Assembly: GCF_036321535.1 (NCBI RefSeq)
Contig: NC_087437.1
Span: 70,558,001-70,622,000, forward strand
Length of the DNA: 64,000 nucleotides
Direction: 5' to 3'
From: Camelus dromedarius
Taxonomy: Eukaryota
This document shows positions 12,101 through 25,869 of this stretch, in pieces. The position numbers were made by a program, and so were the translations under genes. How positions within the stretch are numbered: position 1 is the first letter of the stretch; every line of letters starts with the position of its first letter. Under the pieces are notes generated by a model. It had not been told where the DNA came from, made no database searches, and worked only from the letters and a program-made list of their open reading frames with translations.

Positions 12101-12511
12101 TGTGTATTCAGATCATAGATTTCCTTCTTTATTCTCTGAAATAGCATTTTATGTCATCTTTAGGCTTTGGAATTGTTTAGGAGTCTTTTTTTTAAAATCA
12201 GAATATAGCTAAAATTTAGAAGCACTGAGCTTCTAGTCATATCATTATGAAGGCCTTAACATGGAGGCATATTTTGTTTTTCAGAATTGCTTTTTTTCCT
12301 CTTTAGATCCTTTTCTTTTCATTAAAAAACTACTCTGGGAAGAGGGTTCTTTTTTTTTTTTTTTTTTTTTCTTAACAGAAGAAAAAAAAAAAAGCCACGC
12401 TTGACTGATAATGCATTGCTTTGGATGGTGAAACATTATGAAAGTTTAATTTTTAATTAAATCTGAAATACCAATTATAACTGAAAGAGATTTTAACCTG
12501 TTTCTTTTCAG

Positions 12512-12585
12512 ACTGCCTGAAGTTACATTTAGAGACTGAAATCACTGCACCTTAAAAACAAAAGATTGAGCTACACTGCATTCCT
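12512..12585 (+). other. ZBTB20: 74-nt non-coding (5' UTR) exon, probably of ZBTB20
   Basis: Branch-like ttttaac, pyrimidine tract and AG at 12510-12511; donor CCT|GTAAGT at 12586; no ATG in the exon. ACTGCCTGAAGTTACATTTAGAGACTGAAATCACTGCACCTTAAAAACAAAAGATTGAGC matches my recollection of the ZBTB20 mRNA leader (gene identity is from memory). Confidence 0.7.
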
Positions 12586-15500
12586 GTAAGTGAAAGCTTC
12601 CTCTACCCTCCTCTGTGTTTTTGTGACCAACTCAAAAAAGGACAAAAATGTTGGTAACATAGTAACCAGACATGAGTAAGAATTTGAATATCCCTGAAGA
12701 AATACATGTTTAAATGATTTCCTTCTTTAAAAAAAGAAAATTTGTTGGGCTCAATATTCAGTATGTCTTTTTTATCCAACCTAAATTGTGAATCCTTTCT
12801 TTTGGCTGGTTTGAATTGCATTAGGGAGGGTGTCACCCACTGTGCATCAGCACAGTGACACACATCCTGTCAGGAAGGATTCTTACAGTTTGGTACAAGT
12901 CTCTTTGAAGGTAACAGATTTCTTATGGAATCAAAATAGATTCCTTTTTCCTTTGTGATGTCATTAGAAATTTTTAGCCTTTGTGTCAATGTAGATGGAG
13001 AGAAAGAAAGTTCATGATGACATCACAAGATTCTGTTGCCTTGAGGACTTTGGGCAAAACCAAGTAAAATGCATAATTCCCTTGTGTGCGTGTGTTCCCC
13101 GTTCTGCTATGAAGCAGTCAAAATAGCACATCTTATGTCTTCCCGTGAGCTACAAGCCTGTCTCTCAGAGCCCCATTGTTCCATAAATGCATGTCAGAGT
13201 CTACCACAGTCTGGTCTACCCTTATTTAGCTGCTGTTTTGTCAATGTACTTGGAAGAACAATTAACATTTGGGATTTCAATGTCTGAATTACAGGCAGTG
13301 AATAGAACCCAAGCATATAAAAGATTCAGACGCCCAGGGTAAGAAAACAGAAGCTTATATAGTTGGTGGGGGAAAAAGAAAAGCATTTTAATGCTGCACT
13401 CAAAGGTTGTGAAATACTACAAGGAAAGCCAATGTTATTTTGGTTTTTTTTTTTAATTTTAAATCAAAATGTACATTTTGGCAATGAAATCCAGAAGGTT
13501 ATGATGTCTTCCTAAGTTTTACAATTTAATGTGTTACAAGGTCTTTTGCAAGGGAGTCTTAGACCACTTAAATAACGTTCATCTGCTTGAGTCATTGTCG
13601 GAATGCCGGATGTGGGGTGAACTGCATCGTGGTTTTCAGTGTTACAGTGCCTGTCGACAGAGTACACTAAAAGGTGATTTAGACGATGTCTTCCATTTTC
13701 ACCTTGGTTTACTGAACTCTTTCATTATTGACTACTGTTCTTGTATGTTTACTGTAGACAGTTCTGAAGTCACTTAAATATCCCTGCCTATTGTCTGAAT
13801 TCCTGCTAGGTCCTTTTTTTCGGAGATGTGATGCATGGACAGAGCAAGATCACCTCGCTGTCAGGGTATCTGGTGAACTGGAGGGAACTTTGGCAGTTTA
13901 TGTGTGTTGCCCACTGAGCACAGTGCCTGGCTGGTACGAGAGAATAATTGATGGTTATTGTTATTTTTGTCATAACTACAACAGTCCAAACCCATAGATG
14001 GTAAAGTCTCTAAAATCAGGGTCTATTTCTTATTCATTTTTGTAATCCCCAGCACTTGGCATAATAATAGTAATCAAGAAATAGCTATTGTTATAATACA
14101 ATTAGAAACTTTGTTAAGTCAGAACTTCAGGATTTATTCATTCAGAGAATATTTATTGTAAAGAGGAGCTGAATAGATTTTGACAGTCAGGAAGGTAATT
14201 ATAAAGGAATTTGTCAAAGACAAACCTAATGTTAACCATATAACATTAGGCATCAGTCTCCCAGTCTTTCTCCTCTTCTTCCTCCTGATCAAAATGAGAA
14301 ATGCCCATTGATACTGTATCCTTTTGGTCTGTGAAATGGTGTTCAGTAGTTTTCTGTTTAAGCTGTGTGTCTTACATCCCACATACTGGAGTTATCTCCA
14401 AAGATAAATCTACCTGACTCAGGATGGATGGTGTTCTGTACCTGTTTGTCTAATTGTTATGCACTAGATTGTGCTTCAAGAAAATGGGGCAAATGATACA
14501 AAACGTATTGGGTCAAGAAGCCAGAGATTTGGGAAGTTGCCATTAGAAATTTCTACTGTCATTGCATCTGAAGCCAAGACTAGTTTCTCAGTACTAATTA
14601 GACCTCAGTATTCTTTAGAACTCAGAACCATTTGACCTCTTTTAAGTTTAGCTTCCTGTTTTTTTTTTTTGGGGGGGGGTGTTGCATAAGGTTCTCTGCC
14701 CTCCCCTACCAATTTAAATTTATTTCTAAAAGGGGTCCCTTCATTTTTATTAAATTAGCTTCTGGTGATGCAAATTAAGGCTCTCATAAAACTTGGCCTC
14801 TGAGGCAAAGCTAAAATGATAAAATTTAGGCTTCATGAATTGTACTTTTATCATGTTGAATAACATTTAGGGACATCAAAGAACTCTATAAACTCATTTC
14901 ACATTTTTTAAGATTAAAAGATTGAGGTGAAAGGGGTTTAAGGGCAGAGTATCATCAAACATTACAGGTAGAAAGGATTTAAGAAATAGAAGTTCAATCA
15001 TCTTATTTCAAAATAAGTAAATTGAGGCCCAATAGGGCATGCAGGTTACCCAAACTATACTGACCATCAATGAAAATCATCTTAGACATCTAGGCCAGAG
15101 AGTAGCACCAATTTTAAACTCTGAAGCTTTGGTCTTTCTTCTACAGTCAGAGTCTTAAGCTGTGTTTGTCGAGAAACAAATTTCCTTAGGCTCATTTTCT
15201 AAGACCTATCAAACTGTAGTCCCCTCTACTAAGTAAGCCAAAATTCTTACATCATCTAAAAACATTTATTGTTATCAAAAAAAGGTTTTTTTTCCCTTGT
15301 ACTTTTTTGTGTTGTGCCACTGGCAGTGCATTGAGTCACACAGAGGCCAGTGAATCTGGTTGATCTAACATTCTTTATAATGATTTACAAAGTGGAGAGA
15401 AAATCCTTAGAAACTTCAATGGTTTAAATGGGCTCACAGGCAAGACGAAACCAGTAATCTGAACAGAGCCAGTGTGACATGGAATTCAGACTTCCCAAGT

Positions 15501-17438
15501 GGGTGCATCATGCCTGGTGTCAGAATGTCATTGTTGCCAGGGGTCATTTCCATCAGAGAAAAGTTTTTCAGGGTCTGAAAAAAATTGAAATAAACTTTAA
15601 TAATTTAAAATGAATTACTTGCCCTGGTAATTTATTTCAGGTTTCCTTTATTGGATTCTGTCATTTAGCAGTCCAAAGAGACCAGTGTAGGAACTATTCT
15701 ATTATTTTACCCAGAGCTAAGTCCTGGATATGTCTTAGTTTCTTCCTCAAATGTATTTATCCCTTCCAGACTTTTCCAACTCCCACCGTGAAGAAACTCA
15801 AGTAGCTGTGTACAGGAATTTAGTGGTCTAAATCTTTGTGTCTCTAACAAGGAGACATTGTTCTTCCTTAAAACATTTAGGGGAAGCTTTGGCATATAGA
15901 GAAGAAGGGAGAATTGATAAATGAGGATGCCAGAGCAGGGCCCTGAATGTAGGTGCTCAGCAAGGTTTTCTCTCTTTTTTCTATAAAAATGAATTAAAAT
16001 TTATTTTGTGCCCTTACGAACAGATAATTTTATAAGGATACATAGATAAATAATACGTATTTTCTATCATCAAGGAGTACATAATCTAGTTGGACAACAG
16101 ATGCATCTTTATTATAGACAAAATATTGTATAGGTACAGTAGATGAAATACATTATTATCATTTCTTCTGAACCATCAAGGAATAATATGATATTAGCAA
16201 GTAGCCCAAGCATAGGGAGTGATAAAAATGAAGGCTGAGGAAATAATGTAATGGTGTGATTTGACTTCAGAATCTGGTTGGGGCCAGCGTTTTCCAAGGT
16301 GTGGGTTGCAACCCATTCACAGGTCATGAAACAGTGTAGAGGATCACAGTAAATATGCTTTTAATGAAATAAAATAAAAGGAAAAAAGTTTATAAAAAGA
16401 ATGTGTTACATATTTCTAAGATAATGGGTTGAAAAATAAATATATTTCATACTGGGAATCATGCCACCAAAATATGAAAGCTGATCTAAAGATGATTGGT
16501 TTTTTAAAAATACTCAACTTGTTAATCCTGACTCAGATAATACTGTTTTCCCCTTTTTTGTATATGAGAAAGTGGAGGGATTAAGCAGTTTGTACCAGAT
16601 TATACGAAAGGTAAATGGGTAAGATAGGATGCTGATATGTCTGTCAAACTCCATATGCATATTTTCCCCATGATGTGACATTGTTTTCTAGGGTTGTATG
16701 ACATTATTTATTTCATTGTTGATAATTCATACGTTTATATCTTAAGTCCCAAACTAGAGTCCTATATCTCCAATTTCCTTATGTAAATCTTCAACTAGAT
16801 ATCACATCAGTTTCTCAGAGTCAGTATATTAAAACTGAAATGACCCTCCTAGTTAAAAATCATCCTCCTTTTGACTATTCTAATTTTCTTTACCCCAATT
16901 CTCCTGGTCATCTTGACTCAAAATATCTCATTCTTGCCTCTTGTATATCCCTTGATATTGAATAAGTGGCCAAGTCTTGTTAATTCTCCTTTTTCGGTCT
17001 TGCTTGTTCTAATCTAGTTGGGAGAAACAGGGGAAGGAAGACCACTTCATCCTAAACACCATGTCCCCAATAGATTTCATGAAGAAGGAGCCCTAAGATC
17101 GTGTCATTTTTGTTCATACAAGACTTTAATATTCTATATTAATAATCAAACAATTTCTAACCAATATTCATGACAATCTAAAATCTAATTCTAACCCCAT
17201 GTCTGACTTAATTTTATGGTTTAATATACCATACACTCAAGCCAAATTCCCTCACCCACCTTTATTAATATTGTTTCTGTCATCTGTCATATCCATCATT
17301 CTGTTTTTCCATATGCAAATCTAACCCATACTTCCAGGCCACTTGAAATGCTATTTATTCCATGAAACCTTCCCTCCTTGCCTTAGCCAGAGATAATCCA
17401 CTCTCCTCTACCTCCCAAACTCTCTTAGCACCTGTAAT

Positions 17439-17559
17439 GGCCCTGCCAACAATTTCATTTTGGACTTTTAGCCTTCGAAACTGTGAGAGACTAGATTTCC
17501 ATTATTTTAAGTTAACAAGTTTGTGGTAATTTGTTACAGCAGCCTAAAAAGCTAATACA
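17439..17559 (+). mobile_element. MLT1 (ERVL-MaLR) LTR 3' fragment
   Basis: gccctgccaaca...ttggacttttagcc...aactgtgaga...gtttgtggtaatttgttacagcagcc...ctaataca. Confidence 0.8.
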
Positions 17560-17719
17560 GCACCCATCTACACTTTTTTTGAGACATGAGTTACTTGCTA
17601 TATTTTTAAGCAGTATTTATTCGTCTTATTTTTTTTTTTTACTAGAAAGCAAATTCTTTAGGGCTAAAGTCCATACATAATTAACATTCCTAAACCCTAT
17701 AGAATCTACCACAAGAGAA

Positions 17720-18230
17720 TCATTAATTCATTATTCAACCATGTTTAATATTGGGAGTATAGAAATGATCCCTTTGGGTCTGATGAAATTTATAGTCTCC
17801 TAAGGGTATCAGACATTAAGTAAGTAAACAAATAATTATAAAATTATAAATTGTAGTACATGAAAAGACCTAATACAACAATTAATACACAAGATGACAA
17901 TGGATGGGGAAAATCTATTATACTGTCAGTAAAGAGTTCAGAGAAAATGTCATTTAAGGTGAGAGTTGAAAGATAGAAAGAATTAGTCAGGTGAAGAATT
18001 TAGGGTGTGATGGAAGCATGAGAGGGAGAGAAAGCTCCAGACAGAAACAGCTTGGACAAAGCCCTGAGGAAAGGACAAACTATGTGTATTCAAGGGAATA
18101 AAAGGATTCCAGAGTGGCTAAAGCAAAGGAAGCAAAGGAGGACAGTGACTGGAGTTGAGATCAGAGAAGTAGCAAGGGTTGGGAATTTGGATTTGATTCC
18201 GAATATACTGGAAAAGCACATAGTAGATGT
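17720..18230 (-). mobile_element. L2 3' region
   Basis: attcattattcaac start, and caaagccctgagg...agtggctaaagc...gagttgagatcagagaagtag are typical of antisense L2. Confidence 0.65.
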
Positions 18231-19309
18231 GCAAAAAAAGAAAACCTAAGTAAATAATAAACATTAATTGAAGGATAGCTTAAGAATAGAACAAGATGGA
18301 AATAATTCAAAGGTAAATAGTATGCATAAGCTCATAGCATCTATTTATTTATTTTGAATCCTCACCAAAGTTTACTTCTGAGTTTGAGGAGCACTTGGAC
18401 TTTTGAAACAGAGGTCTAATAGTTTACATCATGTTTCCCATCTGCATAACCAAAGTAGATCTCTGACAACCTTCTAAGATAAGGTCAAGTTAATTTTATT
18501 TCTTTTCTAGTTAATAATTATCAAAATTCTGTTGTTGGTTAATCAATCTCTTATTTTTGTTTATTTTTAAGTGCTTGTTGTGTAATGCAGAAATGAGTAC
18601 CAAAAATGTGTTTCACTCTTAGAATGTATTTTTAAATGTTAAACCTTAATTTTATTTTTAGTTTTGGTGTATTTTATCATGTGCAATGGCCAGGGGCCTG
18701 GAGGCATAAAAAGCCATGGAATGAATCATTGTTATCCTCATTATTACTACCTATAATATAACTGAATTTTTGGATCCAGACTGTTTTAAAGTATGATGCA
18801 TTAATATCCTGGAATGCCACTAAGTCAGAATAGAGATAGTGGTTTGTTTGCAAAGTGCTGGAAATTATCCCCTTTTGCAATTAAAGAAGAAATAGGCTAG
18901 AGAGAATGTGAAAAATAAACCATAGAGAAGTAGGTTAAGCTCTAAAGACATGAGGATTTATCTGCTATAACTCAGTAAACAGACACTAGAATCATAAAAT
19001 ATTTTAGCTACAAAGAACCTTAGGAATTATTTATTCTAGTCTCCTTGTTTTGGAGATGAACAAAATTCTGGCCTAGAATTCCTGTTCAAGTCATAATAGT
19101 TAAATAGTTAATGGCAGGCAGGGCTGGAACTATAACTCTGATTCTTCAGAGCTAGATTACTACAGCCAAACCAGCTAATCTGTGATCAAAGCCTCTGTTG
19201 TAACCCTTTCAAAGTCTTGGGTAGAAAATGGAATATTAAGTATAGGAGATGAGTCTGCTGACAAGTTTTAATTAATAAAAATCTGAACAATAAATATTAC
19301 TCACAATCT

Positions 19310-19520
19310 GTTTACTTAATGTACCAGATGCTTTATAAAAGTTGTCTCTAATCCTTGCTACCACATTCAGCAACCACTCAGTAAAGTAGGAATAATTTCC
19401 ATTTTATAATGAGAATGCTGAGTTCCAGAAAGATTAAGTGATATCCAAGATCACAAAGCCAGTAAGTGAGTTTGTACTGATGCCAGACCTAACTGATTCA
19501 AACTCTGTACTATCTCCTGG
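19310..19520 (-). mobile_element. MIR SINE
   Basis: ccattttataatgagaatgctgag...gattaagtgatatccaagatcacaaagccagtaagtg. Confidence 0.7.
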
Positions 19521-19639
19521 TTGATGTTTTTATCTGTTGCATTTTGTTATCACTTTAGCTTATATGGTCACAGAGGTCATTAGTTTTCTAATAGCCCAAA
19601 TGTCTGAAAAACTTTGAAAAAAGTTAAGAAGGTAAAGAA

Positions 19640-19855
19640 AAAAAAAAAAGTTACATGTGGCAGGTGCCTTTCGACATAAAGCTCTTTACATTTAATTCTC
19701 ACACTGTCTCAAAATAGATGTTATAACCCCTCGTTTACATTTTAGGAAACTGCGGAGCAGTGAGATTAAATAGCCCCTACCCATCTTAGTAAAAGCCTGA
19801 GCCAGGGTTCAAACACGATCTGTCTGACCCCAAGTACTCTTCCCATCATTCCACT
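19640..19855 (-). mobile_element. MIR SINE
   Basis: catttaattctcac...ggaaactgcggagcagtgagattaaatag...gagccagggttcaaacacgatctgtctgacccc. Confidence 0.7.
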
Positions 19856-20458
19856 CACTTCCAAGTCTGCTCTTCTCCTGGATACTGGTTAGTCTTCCAT
19901 GGTCTACATACCTCAATTCCTTATCTGCCAAAGTAGAATTTAATACATGCTGTTGTAGATTTCCCAAGAAGAAAGAAAGTATGCTGAGAGGATGCTTTTA
20001 TAATTAAGTTACATCACCTTGTCTGGAAATAAATACAATGCTCCCCATATGTTTCCTTCTTTGGGAAATGATGAGCTGGGAAGATTGGTCAAATCCATGA
20101 CATTAGTGATTCATCACTGCATCATCTTAACTGTGCATCTATGCCTAGGATCCCAATCATATCACAGACTATGGTCCTACTAATCTTGATCATTCTTGAA
20201 AACACCTTTGAAAAGTGAATGAAGTAAAATGTTGTATTTATTAGAATAACAAGAAAGAATGAGGTTTACATTTTCCTTCTCAAGTCTAACTTGTTTGAAG
20301 CCTTATAAGCCTGATCAGAGGTGTAGATCCATAAAAGTGCTCTTCATTACTGCTACTAAAAAATGCAAAACTGAAAATCCAAACATATTTATTCATTGTT
20401 AATATTGTTTCCTAATGACTACTGAGGACTACATTAGAAGTGAACTTCTTGGTGAAAG

Positions 20459-20550
20459 CAGGAGAGAGAAAGGGAAGGAGAAGGAGGGAAGAAGAGAGAG
20501 AAGGAGAAAGAACGAGAGAGAGAATATGGAAGAAGAGGAAGAGGGAGAGG
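20459..20550. repeat. GA-rich polypurine tract
   Basis: ~90 bp almost entirely of G/A. Confidence 0.85.
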
Positions 20551-23500
20551 TTTGAAATTCTTGTTGATGGTAGGTCCCACTTCAAACATGATTCTGAATT
20601 TCCTTCCTGGTGTCAACTTTTGCAACACCACATGTATACACCTCCATTTCTGAGGAGGTTATTTCTCTTGTTGATACATTTGAACAATTATTCTAAAATC
20701 AACTGTCACTGTAGAATATCACCAGTATGCATAACAAGTTTATGGTAATTAGAAGCAATGCCTACCTGCTATAGTTCTGTAGTTGTTTTTTCCTCTCTAT
20801 TTCTTAAGTTTGACTTCCAGGTCTTTCTGTGTGAAAGCCCTTAGCAGTCCATTCAAGTCTTCTAAAATAACACAGCAGGGACTTTATTTTTTAGTTCAGC
20901 CTTACTCTTTCCAATATGGGGCTAGTAGACCTAAATCAGAAAATTCATTAATATATCTTTTGAATTGCTGGGTCTCCTCAAGAAAAAAAAAAGTGTTGTC
21001 TATAATATTGAAATATTTTGTTAAAAATCCAATTCTGGCTCAGTGTTTTCTTCTCAAAGGAATTTTGAATGAAGAAAAAGCTTTTGTAAGAGGGAAGAAA
21101 CTTATCTAATCTCTTCAAGACTGATGAGAAGCAATCAGGAGACTTATGACTCTGAAACAGTAAATTTCCAGGGAATTAGGCACACGTTTCTCAAGAACAA
21201 TAAAGAGTGTTACACTTCAGGTTGCAGCACATTGGCCCCAAAAGTACTGCTTCATGTATCTCAAATGGCAATTTGAAAGCACCGTTCTTTGAATCAACTG
21301 GAAAAGGGAGGAGGCCATGCTGAACTGACATTCTTTCATGAGGTCATGAGAAATGGAATAGAGAATTAAGTCAGTCTTCTGGTTAGGATCAGATTCTCAG
21401 AGTTACAAATGTACGATAAAATGTCTTCAAAGATGTAGGAAAAATAAGTTCACTCATGCAATAGTTACTGAGTTAGAAGATTTAGATTTTTGACGAAGTT
21501 GTTGACTTGTTTTCAATTGCACTAATTTGGCCATATGAAATTTGCTCAACCTTTGCTACAATTTTACTGAACTGATCTTTATTTCCTTTATTTGAGTAGT
21601 GTAGAATTTTATTCAATAACAGTAATCAGTATATGTCTAACATTGTTATCATTGCCACTGTTACTGAGTTCTGTTTTCTTCTCTGGATCAGGCCTGGTAG
21701 GAATAGCTGTGAACCTAGGTTACACATTTAATGCTGTCTTATCCTCTTGTAGGATGGGAAAGTGGGAGGGACCAAACAGACTGGTTGCTCAGTAAGGTCA
21801 CTTAGACTCATGTCACCTAGAAAACTTGTCAGCGGAGTTTCATTTATAAATCCTTTTAGCAGTCAGAAATAGTTTGCATGAAAAGCTCTTGTTTTTTAAT
21901 AAGAACTGACTCTATCATGCTATACAAGACTCTGATGGCATAATACTATCCACATAATCATTGCTGTTACCACTAGGGAGGCAGCAAGTGTAATTGAGAG
22001 GAAGGAGCATGGGGCTGACTGTCTGGAGACTCAATTCAGGCATTGTCAGTTTTGTCTTAAGATCATTTTCCTTATCTGCAGGGGACACTTTTCTCTCTCT
22101 TACAGAGAAGTCAGATGATCTATATGAAGGATTTAGAGTTCCATGGAATAAAGATAATGCATAAATATCATGTATTACTATCACAGTAAAAGTATTAGTA
22201 GAATTATAAATCAGGATTGAGAATTATAAATCAAATTGAGGCCTCAGGAGTAAGGTGCTTTATCTGAGCTCTTAGTGTTTAGAAATTAGTTTATTTCTTG
22301 AGTTCCCATATAGGGAAGTACTCTGTTGCTGCTAAGTCCTGTTCACACATTGGAAATAATGATTAAGAATTAATTTTCCAGTGATAAATTACTTCTTTTA
22401 AAGATTTATAATAAAAACATTCTTTACTACAAATTCTCTGAGCAGATTCTCTCAAATTAAAAAAATGTATATTTTAACTGTTTTATTTCCCATATTAAAC
22501 TGATTTTTTTGGAAAAAAAAACATGAGTAATTTACTAATTTTCTCAGTCACTGAAACTGGTGTCAAATAGTTGTTTACTAAGTGTTTGTTGACTGTCCTG
22601 TGTAAAAATCTAGTAAAATTTTGTAAAATTTGCTTTAAAAAAGGGTACTGAATTCATCAATCTGACAGCAAGTATACCCTGTGATATGTACAGATGTTAC
22701 TGAAGATTATATGGCCGTTAGAAAAAGAATGAATTACATTTAATGCTATTGACCTGGTAGGATGACTGTAGTTTATTAACTGAAAGAGCAAATTTTCAGG
22801 ACAATGAATATTTATGGGTTACGTGTATTTGTATGTGTTTACATGATCATAAACATGAAAAAAAATTACGGTACTAGTTCTTGTTGACAAACATGATGTG
22901 TGTGTGTGTGTGTGTAAAGCTGAGCCCTTTCATGATGCAGGTTCATATATGAAACCACATACAAAGAAATAATAGTTTTGCAAGCAAAAATTATTAAAAG
23001 TAATTCGATTCTTTACTATATTTTCTCTGAATGTGTAACCTGCAATGCAAAAAAATAAAATAAGAACTTCTTAAGAATTCTCTCTTGTTTTGTCATCTCA
23101 TTCATCCTCATTATAGATACCCCCACTACTTTTCTTACCTTCTTCACTCTCCTCTTCAAGAGTTCTCACTGACCCTCCTTGGCCCAGGTCAACTAATGTT
23201 TCTGTTCACTTCCAAATTCCTTTCTGAATCTGTCTTATTCCTCTTTTCCTTTTGTAACTCTCGCTAGACTTTCTTGTTTCTATTTCTCTCACTCACTGAG
23301 GGAAAAATAAATAAATAAAACTTCTGCAAGATAAGTTTTCAGGATTATATTCCTGACAGAAAATTCTCAGAAGTTTATACAATTGAAGGAGCAGACCCAG
23401 AAGCCTTAGGTTAAAAATAAATGTCAGAGGTTCCCTTTAGAATGTACTTGAATAGACTTTAGCCAATGAGATGGACAGAACATCTGAACTGGAATCAGGC

Positions 23501-25869
23501 AAGAAAGAACTGCACAGTCTGAGGTACTGTATTTTCTAGAATCAGTACATTCTAGATCCCATCACAGTAGTCCTGACAACAACTCAACCTTTATTGGCAG
23601 AGGACAGAGGCACCATAAACTGAATTAAAAACACAGACAAGTTGCCGTATAATAACCACTACTAATGATAAACAGATATACTATACTTCAAGTCAGAGCC
23701 GGTTATGATAATGGCTTTAAAAAGATGGGAGGGAAAAGGAGGAGTGAAGGGAGACAGAGAGGGAAGGGATAGAAAGAGAGCGGGCGCATCCCTTCTCCCA
23801 AATAAAAACAGAGAGAGTGAGCAAGAGTGGAAGATGTGATTGGTTAGGGGAGTAGGAAGCACAAAAGAAAAAATAAAATATGCTTTGACACCCAGCCTTT
23901 TCTTTACATCCGCACAAATCTTCCCTGGTCCTTTATGAGTCCCACCCTGGGAAAGCTGAATCTTGGCACTTCCAGCCAGTCAGCTGTCCTCTCCTTCCAT
24001 TTAGAGAGTGCTGACTCAGGGTGAACCATGTAGATTGAGGAAAACTCCCTTTAGAATGTGCTTACAATTAACTTTTGTGGCTCTTAACTCCAGGGGGCTG
24101 AAGAAGTCAATAGGCAGCTGACAGTGGCAACCTTACCCAAAGTTGTAGGTTCCCTTCAGTTTGAGGAATTTATGCAGAAAAAAATGGGAATTCTTGTTTA
24201 TGTGACGTGGCTTCTACATGTGCCGTGAATAGTTTGGTGAGAACAGTCGCTGTAGCTAGAAAGGTGACAAATAATGGAGGTATGGTTAGAAAAACAAATT
24301 ACATTTATGAAGAAATTTTAATGAGATAAGACAGTGCTTATAAAATGTCAAGGGAAAAAGCAAGATGTGGCACTTGTATAAAATATTAAGTGTATATTTC
24401 AGGTGATTATTGTTCATTTCTCTTCCATCTTTTCATTTTCCAAAATGTGAAGAAGGAAAAAAAAAACTGAAAAATACTCTTAGGATATCCTTCATTTTTA
24501 GTTTTTTTGTTTGTTTGGTTTATTTTGATTAATGAATTAATTTTAATGGTGGAATCTCTTATACTGAAGTGATTTTACCTAAAATTTAAGTGACATGATA
24601 TTCATGCTGAGTTTTTTTTTCTTTATAGACTACTACTATGGTATAATGTGCTGGTCATTTTTAATGCTCAAGCAGCCCTTCAGCTTTGGTGGGGTGATTG
24701 GGAGAAGGGGGTTATCTAATTACTGGTGATGGATTAATATGACTCAAAGAACACTTGTGACTTCAGATATGAGTAGTCAAGAGAAGCAGGCAGGTCAATG
24801 AATAAACTCAAATCATGCTTTTATATATAAAATAAATATTTACTTAAATGACAAATTACTTCATATTCCACTTATAAAACTCAGTTGTTACAAACATCTA
24901 AATGGAACAAAAACTGTATGCAATCAAGAAACTTGCTGTTTCCAAATTTCTATAACTCCTGTTCCTCTAAATATTTACCCTTTTATCTTATTCTCATCTT
25001 ACGACTTCCCCAGATCATTTTCATGGCTTATGTTCTAGTTTAGGTTCTGCAGCTCTTTAAAATCTAGATGTTAATTATCCTTATAATTGATACCTCTTTT
25101 GCTCTTCTGCTTTCAACTAAAAGGCTGTTTAATTTCTCCCAGTTTGAATGATTCTTCTGCCATTTACAATTCTAAATTTCTCTTCTCTCATCTCTGTGTT
25201 TTAGACCCAAACAGCCTTTTACATTTACTTTCATGTGTTTACTCTCAGCTCCCCCTGACCCAGGATCTCTTCCTCTGGCTCAGAGATTCCTGATCCTGCC
25301 TGCACGTCAAAATCACCTGTCAAGTTAAAAAACAAAAACAAAATCAAAAACAACAATGCATTGACTCCATCCAGATACTCTGTTTTACTTGGTCAGGGGC
25401 TTTTAGCTACAATGCTAGGCCCTTACAGGAACCAAACTCTAATTTCATCTCAAAATGTTCAATTCAGTTAAGTTTAATGTGCTTCTTCGCACTGGAAAAC
25501 CATTTTTTCTGGATAATGACTACTTTCCTAACCATGCAATAATAAAGTTTTAACATTATGCATAATACAACAGTAGCTGTGTATCATCACACAGACATGC
25601 ATGTGACACACACAAACACACGCATTAAGCTAATGACCAAACTTAAACAAGTATTTGATAAACATAGAATTGGGTTTACTTTAATAATAAATTAGAACCT
25701 AAGCATAGCTAACCAAATTTAAAAAGTCTTTTTCAAACCTGAGTATTGAGGATGAATTGTCCTACATTGCTCAAAGGTATCAGAATATGCCTTGAGTCTG
25801 ATTTGTGGGGAAAAAAGTGGTGGCTGACAGCAATATCAAAGGGGTGTGAAATAAATGGTCAGATGGCAG

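Noticed and set aside
20434..21109. ORFs of 102 and 108 aa
   Set aside because: They derive from low-complexity sequence or start at non-ATG codons, with no domains or splice context.
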